IMG/VR virus record: IMGVR_UViG_3300009104_001827
Coordinates: 147,118-211,117 of that record
Strand: one strand, 5' to 3'
Length of the DNA: 64,000 bases
Shown here in pieces: positions 1-8,269 of the stretch (position 1 is its first letter; the number at the start of each line of letters is the position of its first letter). Below the pieces are notes generated by a model, which did not search any database, had not been told where the DNA came from, and saw only the letters and a list, made by a program, of their open reading frames with translations. The position numbers were made by a program, and so were the translations under genes.

Positions 1-2
1 TC

Positions 3-569
3 AATAGCGTAACACAAGCTGACGCAACAGACATTAGTTCTATCGATACTCGTGTCTCTAAAGAAACATCCCTAAGGGACTCAAAGGTTAAAAGCATTGA
101 CACTCGTGTTTCCACGGAAGTCTCAACCAGAGGAAAAAAAATCGACAGCCTCGATATTAGAGTTTCTCTTGAAACCTCTACCAGAGGAAAAAATATCGAC
201 AGCCTCGACACTAGAGTTTCTCTTGAAACCTCTAATCGTGGAGTGGCAATCAACAGCATCGACACAAGGGTGTCTTCAGACATCAAAAGTCTCGACGAGC
301 GCTTGACGGACGAAGAAAATACGACGAAGATTTTAGCGAATCAAGACGTAACGAACGGCGCTTCAAGCCAAGCAGTAAGCCTTGTCGGCCTTGGATTTGT
401 AGAAAATTCGGAACCAGTGGTCGTTGGAATGCTTCGAAGCACCGACTCCGACGATCCTATCGTTGCTTGCATGCTCTCAGGAGCCGCATCGCACTCAACT
501 GCAACATTCTTGTTCTCAGACGAGATTCCTTCCAATAATTATAAGTTAGACGTTATCCTAACAAGATAA
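3..569 (+). CDS. 5'-truncated fibre/coiled-coil structural protein with 18-aa repeats and a C-terminal globular domain
   Basis: The frame of ORF 243..569 is open back to the window edge: NSVTQADATDISSIDTRVSKETSLRDSKVKSIDTRVSTEVSTRGKKIDSLDIRVSLETSTRG... The motif S[IL]D[TI]RVSxExSxR repeats every 18 aa. Confidence 0.7.
   Translation, partial: NSVTQADATDISSIDTRVSKETSLRDSKVKSIDTRVSTEVSTRGKKIDSLDIRVSLETSTRGKNIDSLDTRVSLETSNRGVAINSIDTRVSSDIKSLDERLTDEENTTKILANQDVTNGASSQAVSLVGLGFVENSEPVVVGMLRSTDSDDPIVACMLSGAASHSTATFLFSDEIPSNNYKLDVILTR
126..233 (+). repeat. 54-bp coding tandem repeat (two near-identical copies, more degenerate copies flanking)
   Basis: accagaggaaaaaa.atcgacagcctcga.a.tagagtttctcttgaaacctct begins at 126 and again at 180. 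Confidence 0.9.
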
Positions 570-581
570 CCTTAAGTTTCA

Positions 582-1859
582 ATGGCCAGTAAAATACTAG
601 CAGAGGAACTTCAGTCGGGCTCTTATAGCCTGAGTACTAACGAAAGTAACGGAGGGACAGATATAGGCGCTATCGAAGAATTCGACAGCACCTCAGCCTA
701 CTCCGCTAACGATAAAGTTAAATACCGCCCTAACGCCAGCACGGCATATTCCGTATACAAAATCAATTACGACATGCCCGCAGACAAGCTTCCCGCAAAT
801 GCGCCGGAGGCTGACGAATGGACCGGAGCTAACACCTATGACGCAGACTCGGCGTACTCCGCAGGAGACAAAGTCAACTACTTAGGAAGAGGCTATATGG
901 CTCACGCTGATCATGACGCAAGTAACCACAACATTTCGAACGCTGCCCACTGGGGGCTGGCGAGCGCAATGTTTACCAACATTACCTTGCGTATAGATGG
1001 GTTTAACGATGGAGATATTGCCGATACACGGACAGTTGAAAGTCTTAACGTTAGAATTGCGAATGAAGAATCAGCGGACGGCGTAGCCAAGGAGGTATTC
1101 TCCACAGAAGATGGCTTCGCAACAAATAAGACCAGCATCGACGTACGGGTTGCGCTCGAAAAGACCACTCGCGAAAGTGAGGTCAGCAGTACAGAGGACG
1201 ACATCGAAGCTGAGAAAACCGCTCGCGAAAGTGAGGTCAGCAGTACAGACGACGACGTCGAATCCGTCACGAGCAATCGTGGCAGCAAAGTGACCTCGGT
1301 CGATAACCGGTGGTCATCCGAAGTGTCAACATGGAATTCTTCCCTTTCTGAAGAAGAGGGTACAATGACGTACATCGAGGGCATTCCCTTGACTAAGCCT
1401 GACTCAAGCCCCAGCAATGGGACAACCTTAGGGTCTGGATCTGACGACTACTCAATCAACGCTGACGGGAACGTGGTTACTATCACCTATCCCTCCAGGA
1501 CCTTTGGGGTAGATCCAACCAGCCTTACCGCCTTCGATGATGAAGGAACTTACGTCAAAGGCGACCAGGTTTCCTACGACAGCAAGTCATGGCAGGCCCT
1601 AAGCGACCATGACGGATCACAAGGAACCACTCTCGATAACCCAGGCGACACCGCCGGGGAATGGGAAAACATCACCAATAAAACGGTTCCCGCCGCAGTT
1701 GCATCCTTAAGGATGACTGCCGCTGGGTTCGCCGCAGGTGCACCAATGCTTATGTGCATGGGGCAAGGAACCCCTACAGCGACACAGGCAAGCTTTGTTC
1801 TTTCGGCCGCGCCGGAAGAAGACAGCCACTACGTGATGGATGTAGCAGTTGCTATGTAA
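582..1859 (+). CDS. Fibre/adhesin-like structural protein with three CBM5/12-like modules and 18-aa coiled-coil repeats
   Basis: Modules AYSANDKVKY, AYSAGDKVNYLGRGYMA and TYVKGDQVSYDSKSWQAL; repeat EKTxRESEVSSTxDD; C-terminus resembles that of the upstream protein. Confidence 0.65.
   Translation: MASKILAEELQSGSYSLSTNESNGGTDIGAIEEFDSTSAYSANDKVKYRPNASTAYSVYKINYDMPADKLPANAPEADEWTGANTYDADSAYSAGDKVNYLGRGYMAHADHDASNHNISNAAHWGLASAMFTNITLRIDGFNDGDIADTRTVESLNVRIANEESADGVAKEVFSTEDGFATNKTSIDVRVALEKTTRESEVSSTEDDIEAEKTARESEVSSTDDDVESVTSNRGSKVTSVDNRWSSEVSTWNSSLSEEEGTMTYIEGIPLTKPDSSPSNGTTLGSGSDDYSINADGNVVTITYPSRTFGVDPTSLTAFDDEGTYVKGDQVSYDSKSWQALSDHDGSQGTTLDNPGDTAGEWENITNKTVPAAVASLRMTAAGFAAGAPMLMCMGQGTPTATQASFVLSAAPEEDSHYVMDVAVAM
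1164..1262 (+). repeat. 54-bp coding tandem repeat
   Basis: acc.ctcgcgaaagtgaggtcagcagtacaga.gacgac at 1164 and 1218. Confidence 0.85.
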
Positions 1860-1900
1860 TAGTCTCACTAATTAGAATATAATTAAATTCTAACATTTTT

Positions 1901-1925
1901 AGCCCCCCATTGGGGGGCTTTTTTT
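1901..1925 (+). terminator. Rho-independent terminator after the fibre genes
   Basis: Stem agcccccc/ggggggct followed by a T-run. Confidence 0.85.
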
Positions 1926-1930
1926 GTGTA
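1926..1930 (+). promoter_or_regulatory. GTGTA motif (candidate late promoter)
   Basis: GTGTA 9 nt before ATG 1940, directly after the terminator. Confidence 0.55.
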
Positions 1931-1939
1931 AACCCAACC

Positions 1940-2593
1940 ATGGGCATATTTGACATTTTCCGCAATTGGCAAAAAAATGAGCTCGGCCAGTTCTCCGAGA
2001 AGAAGGGACAAAAGAAAAAGAGCAAGAAATCCTCAAGCATAGACCCCGAAAAAGCAAAGATCATGCGAAAACTCAAACATAAATCGAAATACCTTGAGCT
2101 AGAATACGAGGAAGCGAAAGAGATTCTAGAGATCGCTAAAACCGAATTCTTTACAAGCATACAAGAGTATTGCCAAGCCAACCCCGAGGCAAAGAACCCT
2201 CTTTGTCCCGTCGAGCCCAACAAGAAAAAAGACAAAACAGACATGGATTTCCCCGACGAACTAAAAACAATCTATCGTGAAATAATTAAAGCGACACACC
2301 CAGACCACCACCAAGAGGGTGACGAAGAGGAGCTAACAGAAACATTGATTAGCGCAACACACGCAAAACAAGAAAACAAAATAGAAGACCTAATCAATAT
2401 ATCCTTCGACCTAGATATTGATATATCAAACATTAGCCTAGACCTTATAGAGGAAGTGGAAAAGGGTTTAAGAAAAAAAGAAATTAAAATAAAGAAAATG
2501 AGAAAAAATAATGCGGTAGTTTGGTATTATGCTCCGCCGGACCAACGGAAAATATTTATCGAACGCATTTGCCCCATTAAAAAAGAAGAATAA
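1940..2593 (+). CDS. J-domain (DnaJ-like) co-chaperone
   Basis: ELKTIYREIIKATHPDH is J-domain helix II plus HPD. ATG 1940 is preferred because TTG 1910 lies inside the terminator. Confidence 0.7.
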   Translation: MGIFDIFRNWQKNELGQFSEKKGQKKKSKKSSSIDPEKAKIMRKLKHKSKYLELEYEEAKEILEIAKTEFFTSIQEYCQANPEAKNPLCPVEPNKKKDKTDMDFPDELKTIYREIIKATHPDHHQEGDEEELTETLISATHAKQENKIEDLINISFDLDIDISNISLDLIEEVEKGLRKKEIKIKKMRKNNAVVWYYAPPDQRKIFIERICPIKKEE

Positions 2594-2599
2594 TTTGCC

Positions 2600-2628
2600 T
2601 TGACATTTATTCCATTTAATGCTAGAAT
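2600..2628 (+). promoter_or_regulatory. Sigma70-type promoter, leaderless nrdB
   Basis: TTGACA-17 nt-TAGAAT with TGn extension; GTG start 7 nt after the -10. Confidence 0.8.
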
Positions 2629-2634
2629 CAACGC

Positions 2635-3648
2635 GTGAATGACAAAACAGGAGAACTTTTAAGCGACAATATCGCTGGAGTGAACAGGATCTTGCCCCAT
2701 AAACACAAGTACGCCTGGGATCTCTTTATAACTAGCTGCGCCAACAACTGGATGCCTACAGAAATATCCATGCAGGGCGACATACAACAATGGAAAAATG
2801 ACGAAATCACAGAAGATGAAAAACTCCTCGTCAAGAGGTGCCTCGGATTTTTTGCTGGAAGCGAGTCTTTGGTTGGGAATAACCTGCTGCTTTCTGCTTT
2901 CAGATTTGTTACGGACGCTGAGTGTCGCCAGTATATTTTGCGCCAGGCTTTCGAGGAAAGCCTTCACAACCTTACTGTCGTTTATATATGCGACAGCCTG
3001 GACCTGGACATTGAAGAGGTTTTTACTGCCTACGAAACAATCCCAAGCATTAAAGCAAAGGACGATTTCCTCCTAGAAATTACAACCGACATCACAAGGC
3101 AGGAACTTAACTACAAAACAAAAGAAGGCAAACAGGAAATACTCAGAAACCTTCTTACTTATTATATAATTTGCGAAGGAACCTTCTTTTTTAGCGGATT
3201 TGCCATGATGCTCGCACTAGGCAGGCAAAATAAACTCCAGGGGATATCCGATCAAATAAAATATACTCTAAGGGACGAAAGTTCCCATATTGCGTTTGGT
3301 GTTTATTTAATAAACACAATCATAGAGCAGAATCCCGGAATCTGGACTAAGGCAATACAAGAGGAATTCGTAGACCACATGAAAAAGGCTGTGGACCTGG
3401 AGATTGCATATGCTCACGACGTATTGCCTACGGGCATTTTGGGTCTCAACGCAGAAATGTTCATTGACTACATGCATTACATAGGCAATCGGCGACTGGA
3501 AGCTATCGGCTTAGACTATCGGTTTCCCGGAGACAAGAACCCATTCCCCTGGCTAGGAGAGGTAGTAGACGTGCAGGCTATGGGCAATTTCTTCGAAAGA
3601 AGGGTCAGAGAATACCAGCAGGCAGGAACGCTTGAAGATGATTTTTAG
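2635..3648 (+). CDS. nrdB: Ribonucleotide reductase small subunit, class Ic (R2c, Mn/Fe) type
   Basis: Ferritin-like ligands (FFAGSE, EESLH, ICEGTFF, RDESSH) and C-terminal NFFERRVREY; colinear with Chlamydia-type NrdB as recalled. Confidence 0.95.
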   Translation: MNDKTGELLSDNIAGVNRILPHKHKYAWDLFITSCANNWMPTEISMQGDIQQWKNDEITEDEKLLVKRCLGFFAGSESLVGNNLLLSAFRFVTDAECRQYILRQAFEESLHNLTVVYICDSLDLDIEEVFTAYETIPSIKAKDDFLLEITTDITRQELNYKTKEGKQEILRNLLTYYIICEGTFFFSGFAMMLALGRQNKLQGISDQIKYTLRDESSHIAFGVYLINTIIEQNPGIWTKAIQEEFVDHMKKAVDLEIAYAHDVLPTGILGLNAEMFIDYMHYIGNRRLEAIGLDYRFPGDKNPFPWLGEVVDVQAMGNFFERRVREYQQAGTLEDDF

Positions 3649-3669
3649 TTAGACAAAAAAGGCATCAAG

Positions 3670-3674
3670 GTGTA
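3670..3674 (+). promoter_or_regulatory. GTGTA motif
   Basis: GTGTATATAACATACATC-ATG(3688). Confidence 0.55.
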
Positions 3675-3687
3675 TATAACATACATC

Positions 3688-4146
3688 ATGAGTCACATAG
3701 ATTACCCCAATAATAACAACCCCAACAATTCGCCCGCGCCCAATTACTCAAGCCAATCGGCGTTTGTTCCCGGGCTTGCTAAAGGTGACAGGGGTTACTA
3801 CGGTAACGATAATGGAGGGGCTTATTCAAACTCAAACAGCGCAATAGCTCTTTTTGCGGCCGTGCAAAACCTAACCGCTGGAGATCACTCCCCCCCAGGA
3901 AGCAAATTAAACGAATGGTTGGACGTCACGAATTCCGACACATGGGCCGACATTGGGATTGCGCCCCCAGCCAACTGGAGAGAGGTTACCCCTACGTATA
4001 GCCATACAACAAACTACCCCCCGGCGACATTAGTTCAGTACGTTGAGTCCAGAGGCAAAACTGGATGGTTCGATAGGGACGAAAACGGAAACCTAGTTAC
4101 TAGACTTCTTAAAAACAAGCCCGCAAACTCAAACTTAAAAATATGA
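3688..4146 (+). CDS. Hypothetical Asn/Pro-rich protein
   Basis: Open frame with ATGA overlap into the next gene; no motif recognised. Confidence 0.6.
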   Translation: MSHIDYPNNNNPNNSPAPNYSSQSAFVPGLAKGDRGYYGNDNGGAYSNSNSAIALFAAVQNLTAGDHSPPGSKLNEWLDVTNSDTWADIGIAPPANWREVTPTYSHTTNYPPATLVQYVESRGKTGWFDRDENGNLVTRLLKNKPANSNLKI

Positions 4147-6116
4147 TTTTTTCATTTGGATATTTAATTTCAGCGCTAGCAATTTCCGGAATTGCTGCAT
4201 ATTTCAGCGTTGTTGGGCTGGCAACCATTTTTCCCGGGGCAATCGGAGCTGTCATAATCATGGGGGGAGTACTTGAAATAGGAAAAATCATAACGGCCAT
4301 CTGGTTACATAGAAACTGGAAGACAGCACCACTTCTAATTAGAAGCTACCTTTGTTTTGCGGTATTTACGCTCATGGGAATTACTAGTATGGGAATCTTT
4401 GGTTTTCTCTCTAAGGCCCACATAGAGCACCAGGTTACAACCGAAAAGACCCAGGCCCTCGCAGCCCAAGTAGAAAATAAAATATCACGAGAGAAAGACT
4501 ACATAGCCAGGCAAAAAGAATATATTGAAAACCTTGAGTCCAGAACAAGCGAGAGCGCCTCTGACATTCGCATCGACATTGATCAAGAAAACGCCAGAAT
4601 TGCAGACATCACCGAGCAAATGAATAAGGATATAGCATTCGAACAGGGAAGGATTGATGCCGCGAACAAAAAGATTGCAGAGATGAAAGCTGAACTTGCA
4701 GAGCTAGAAGATAAGGCCGGAGGACTATTCAGCAATAAAAAGAAAAAAGTAGAAGAACTCAAGGCCCTCCAAAAGGAGCCACTAGAAAGTCTGGCCTCAG
4801 AGATAGCGACATACAATAAAAACATCACAGATTTTAGATCCGAAGCCCAAGCGGCTATAAAGAAAATCGAAGATAAAAAAGACGCCTTCAGACAAAAAAC
4901 CGAAGTAAAAGGCGAAAGCTTGGCGCCGGAAATAGAAGAGCACAGTAGAAATATAGCGGCAGCATATAATAAAATAGATGACCTTGAAAAGGAAAAGTTC
5001 AATTATCAAGATAACGCAAAAAATCTCGAGGCAGAGGTTGGTCCCGTTAAATACGTCGCAGAACTAATTGCTGACCTTACGGGAGTTGAATTCGATATAT
5101 CCCAGGCAGTCAGAATAGTCATTGTTATCTTAATTTTTGTCTTTGATCCGCTAGCTATCCTCCTGGTTATCGCTGCCAACATCAGTATAGCCAAGCATTT
5201 TCCGCAACATACTAAAGAACTTAAATCCCTTCAGTCTGAAGTCGACAAGCTAGATTCCCTAAAGCTGGAACTCAACGAAAAGAATGACGAAATCACAAAA
5301 GAAAAAGAACGTCTAGCGTCGGAAGAACACGCGCTTTCTAAAGAGGAAAAAAGAATAGAGAAAGACCTCTGCATGGCGGGAGAAGTTCTCTTGGCGCTTA
5401 AAACAGACATTGACAACCAAACGCAAAAAAAAGAAGACATAAACAAGGATATCCTTGCTGCAAAAAACTCCCTCAAGGAACTTAAGTCTAACGCCGATAA
5501 AGCCAAATCAGACCTTTCCCAGCAGGAGCAGGAAATAAAGGCCAAGTCCAAGGCTATGGCAAACAAAACTCAAAAATTAAAAGAAGACAAAGCCGCCGCC
5601 ATTAAGGCTGAGGCAAAAATTAACGCCATTACAGCGAGCACAGAATCCCAGCAGAAAGAATACCAGTCCAAGATAGACGGACTGCAAGAAACAATCGATG
5701 AGCTCATGGCAAGCAAACTCAACATAAAAGAAGAAAAGCTTCAACTAGAAAAAGAGCGCGACGCAATCAAGGCAGACATAAAGATTCAACGAGACCTAAT
5801 TTCCTCACTAGAGAAAACCTATAAAAAGGCATCCAAGACAGGAGGGATTAAAGACGCTTTCTCTAACTACGACCTCTATGAAGTCGTCACAAACATGGAA
5901 GACGGCAACAAATTACTATCGATCAAAGACTCAAGGGAGCGCGTACATCAGTTCATTATCCCCACCATGTATGCAAAGGTAACGCACGAATACTTCCATC
6001 GCGTGGTAGAGTCGCTAGAATCAATTTTGGACCCCGACGATCTACCACACGAATACGCAATAGAGATTGCAAAATACATTAGAGGCCCACGCCCGAAATA
6101 TAAATGCTTGACTTAA
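4143..6116 (+). CDS. Membrane protein with long coiled coils
   Basis: Three N-terminal hydrophobic helices, a coiled coil, an internal TM (IVIVILIFVFDPLAILLVIA), then a second long coiled coil. Confidence 0.8.
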   Translation: MIFSFGYLISALAISGIAAYFSVVGLATIFPGAIGAVIIMGGVLEIGKIITAIWLHRNWKTAPLLIRSYLCFAVFTLMGITSMGIFGFLSKAHIEHQVTTEKTQALAAQVENKISREKDYIARQKEYIENLESRTSESASDIRIDIDQENARIADITEQMNKDIAFEQGRIDAANKKIAEMKAELAELEDKAGGLFSNKKKKVEELKALQKEPLESLASEIATYNKNITDFRSEAQAAIKKIEDKKDAFRQKTEVKGESLAPEIEEHSRNIAAAYNKIDDLEKEKFNYQDNAKNLEAEVGPVKYVAELIADLTGVEFDISQAVRIVIVILIFVFDPLAILLVIAANISIAKHFPQHTKELKSLQSEVDKLDSLKLELNEKNDEITKEKERLASEEHALSKEEKRIEKDLCMAGEVLLALKTDIDNQTQKKEDINKDILAAKNSLKELKSNADKAKSDLSQQEQEIKAKSKAMANKTQKLKEDKAAAIKAEAKINAITASTESQQKEYQSKIDGLQETIDELMASKLNIKEEKLQLEKERDAIKADIKIQRDLISSLEKTYKKASKTGGIKDAFSNYDLYEVVTNMEDGNKLLSIKDSRERVHQFIIPTMYAKVTHEYFHRVVESLESILDPDDLPHEYAIEIAKYIRGPRPKYKCLT

Positions 6117-6136
6117 TTTAAAAAATAAGCTAAACT
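6108..6136 (+). promoter_or_regulatory. Sigma70-type promoter, leaderless
   Basis: TTGACT-17 nt-TAAACT; GTG 6143 is 7 nt downstream. Confidence 0.75.
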
Positions 6137-6142
6137 ATAACG

Positions 6143-6472
6143 GTGAATAAAAAGAAGGTTCTAGAGAGGCTATTACCAAAATCAAGCCTCACTTCTCGCG
6201 GAGACTACTTCAAGCAATACGCAATCTTTAACTCTCTATTTAAAAAATACAACAATGAGAGGTTTTGGTCTGTGGTAAATTTCGGAGATAAACTAACAAG
6301 TCTTTATTTTTTCAAAACCCCATTCGGAGGAGAACTTCTCTTAAAAAAATACCAAGAGTTCTGCTATAGGCCCAAGGGCAAGGATCAAAAGTATTCCCTT
6401 GGAAAAAAATCCGGCAAAGATGTTTCAATCCCAATAGTCAACAAAACAACCCGAAAGTTTCTTAATGAGTAA
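6143..6472 (+). CDS. Hypothetical basic protein upstream of recA
   Basis: ORF overlapping the recA start and preceded by a promoter. Confidence 0.65.
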   Translation: MNKKKVLERLLPKSSLTSRGDYFKQYAIFNSLFKKYNNERFWSVVNFGDKLTSLYFFKTPFGGELLLKKYQEFCYRPKGKDQKYSLGKKSGKDVSIPIVNKTTRKFLNE

Positions 6473-7562
6473 AGTAACCGCACTAAACCAGATACAATCG
6501 TTTCTGGACGATAAAAATAATAAAAAATACCACTTCAACAACTTTGAAGAATTGGACTACAAAATTCCATCTGGAAGCCTAAACCTAGATATAGCACTGG
6601 GAGGAGGGCTAACGTCTGGCGCACATAGGTTTACAGGAGTTAATGAGGGAGGAAAAACAAGCTGCGCACTCTCCTTCGCAAGGAACTTCCAGAACTTATT
6701 TGAAAAAGACGGAATGGTAATCGTGATTAAAAGCGAGGGCCGCCTAAGTAAAAGCCTACTAGATCGCAGCGGCATAGACACATCTCCCTCGAAATTTTTT
6801 GTATTAGACTGCAATATATTTGAAAAAGTATTTGAACTTATACGGGACCTAGTTTACAATAACGAAGAAAATAAGAGGTATATGTTTATAGTGGACAGCG
6901 TTGATGCCCTTTGTAGGATTAACGATATAGATAAATCTTTCGATGAGCCAGAACAGGTCGCCGGAGGAGCTCTTATTACTTCGGTCTTTCTAAAAAAAAT
7001 GGTACTCCCAATAAGTAAAATGGGGCATACCCTAATCCTTACTTCTCAAGTAAGAGTGGAGGTTTCAACCAATCCTTACGCATCAAGGGGAGGGCCAAAG
7101 GTTAAACAGGCGGGCGGAAACGCGATCAAACATTATGCTAATTTTATTCTTGAATTCGAAGAAAGATACAATTCAGATATAATGTTCACAAACCCCTCTG
7201 CATCAAAACTAGAAGACAAAGGGGACCCAATAGGTCATTATTGCAAGATTCGATTTCGCAAAAGCGTTAATGAAAAAACTGGGGCTCAAGTTAGGTATCC
7301 CATTAAATATGGAAGAACGGACGGAAACTCTGTCTGGAAGGAAAGGGAAATCGCAGACATGATGTTTGTTTTTCAAATGGCAATAAAGAAAGGCGCATGG
7401 ATATCCTTCTCAGAGGACCTCGTAAAAGAACTTGAGTTAAATGAAATTGAACACGAAGCCAAATTCCAAGGTGAACAAAAGTTCTTACAATACCTTGAAT
7501 CCAATGAAAAGCTTTGTGATTTCCTCTACGAAGAGTTCAAGAAATTTAGCAATGCGATTTAA
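6465..7562 (+). CDS. recA: RecA/UvsX-family recombinase
   Basis: IPSGSLNLDIALGGG, Walker A GVNEGGKTS, Walker B FIVDSV, GGNAIKHYA, KKGAW. Confidence 0.93.
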   Translation: MSKVTALNQIQSFLDDKNNKKYHFNNFEELDYKIPSGSLNLDIALGGGLTSGAHRFTGVNEGGKTSCALSFARNFQNLFEKDGMVIVIKSEGRLSKSLLDRSGIDTSPSKFFVLDCNIFEKVFELIRDLVYNNEENKRYMFIVDSVDALCRINDIDKSFDEPEQVAGGALITSVFLKKMVLPISKMGHTLILTSQVRVEVSTNPYASRGGPKVKQAGGNAIKHYANFILEFEERYNSDIMFTNPSASKLEDKGDPIGHYCKIRFRKSVNEKTGAQVRYPIKYGRTDGNSVWKEREIADMMFVFQMAIKKGAWISFSEDLVKELELNEIEHEAKFQGEQKFLQYLESNEKLCDFLYEEFKKFSNAI

Positions 7563-7959
7563 AACCATCCAAGGGTCTCTTAAAAGGCTATCCAAGCCTC
7601 ACAAATACATAATTGACTGGGAAAAAGAAAGCAGAAGCAAACTACAATTCCAAGTCAAACAATTACTGAAGAAACACTGGAAGTCTCATGTGGTTTTCGA
7701 AGAATTTCCAGTCGCAGGAACCAAAATGTCCCTCGACTTTTATAATGCAAACAAGAAAATAGCGATAGAGGTCCAGGGGAAACAACACACAAATTACACC
7801 CCTCACTTCCACGGCGGCAACCAAGCAAACTTCCTATCCCAAAAGAGAAGGGATTATCATAAAAAAATCTTTTGCGAAAAAAACGAAATTAAACTTATTG
7901 AGATACATGAAGGAGAAGATATTGGGGAAAAACTTATCAAAAGTGTATTATATAAATAA
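7552..7959 (+). CDS. DUF559/Vsr-like PD-(D/E)XK endonuclease
   Basis: SLDFYNANKKIAIEVQGKQH...QKRRDYHKKIFCEKNEIKLIEI; likely start ATG 7552. Confidence 0.8.
   Translation: MRFKTIQGSLKRLSKPHKYIIDWEKESRSKLQFQVKQLLKKHWKSHVVFEEFPVAGTKMSLDFYNANKKIAIEVQGKQHTNYTPHFHGGNQANFLSQKRRDYHKKIFCEKNEIKLIEIHEGEDIGEKLIKSVLYK
7943..7947 (+). promoter_or_regulatory. GTGTA motif
   Basis: GTGTATTATATAAATA-ATG(7959). Confidence 0.55.
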
Positions 7960-8225
7960 TGAGCAACGAGGATTTAAACCCTAACGCACTACCCGAATTC
8001 CAAATGCCAAGGAATTTATTAAATCAAATCTATGAATTCACAGGCTCCACGGAGCAAAACAAAGGATTCATTCTTGGCTTTGTGGACCAAACAGGATCTC
8101 CTCAGATAATCTCACATGCATCTTCGCCTATTATTGAAATGGGAATCAGGAAGGCTGTCGAAGAATATTTATCTGAGTTTGGCGGCATAGTTTTGCCGGG
8201 AGTGGACCCAGAAGAGCAAGAGTAA
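7959..8225 (+). CDS. Hypothetical acidic protein
   Basis: Compact ORF with TAATG overlap. Confidence 0.7.
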   Translation: MSNEDLNPNALPEFQMPRNLLNQIYEFTGSTEQNKGFILGFVDQTGSPQIISHASSPIIEMGIRKAVEEYLSEFGGIVLPGVDPEEQE

Positions 8226-8230
8226 AAATC

Positions 8231-8259
8231 TTGACACAGGGCCCACTTTGTGATACCAT
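8231..8259 (+). promoter_or_regulatory. Sigma70-type promoter of the dnaB operon
   Basis: TTGACA-17 nt-TACCAT with TGn; ATG at 8270. Confidence 0.8.
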
Positions 8260-8269
8260 ATAAAACAAT

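Noticed and set aside
97-306. 69-aa ORF with repeated STASxLEFLLKPL
   Set aside because: It is an off-frame reading of the 54-bp repeat; the real frame is open from position 3 to 569.
126-1262. 54-bp direct repeats as a CRISPR array or DGR template/variable pair
   Set aside because: They are in-frame coding repeats without unique spacers; no cas1/cas2 or reverse transcriptase is in the window.
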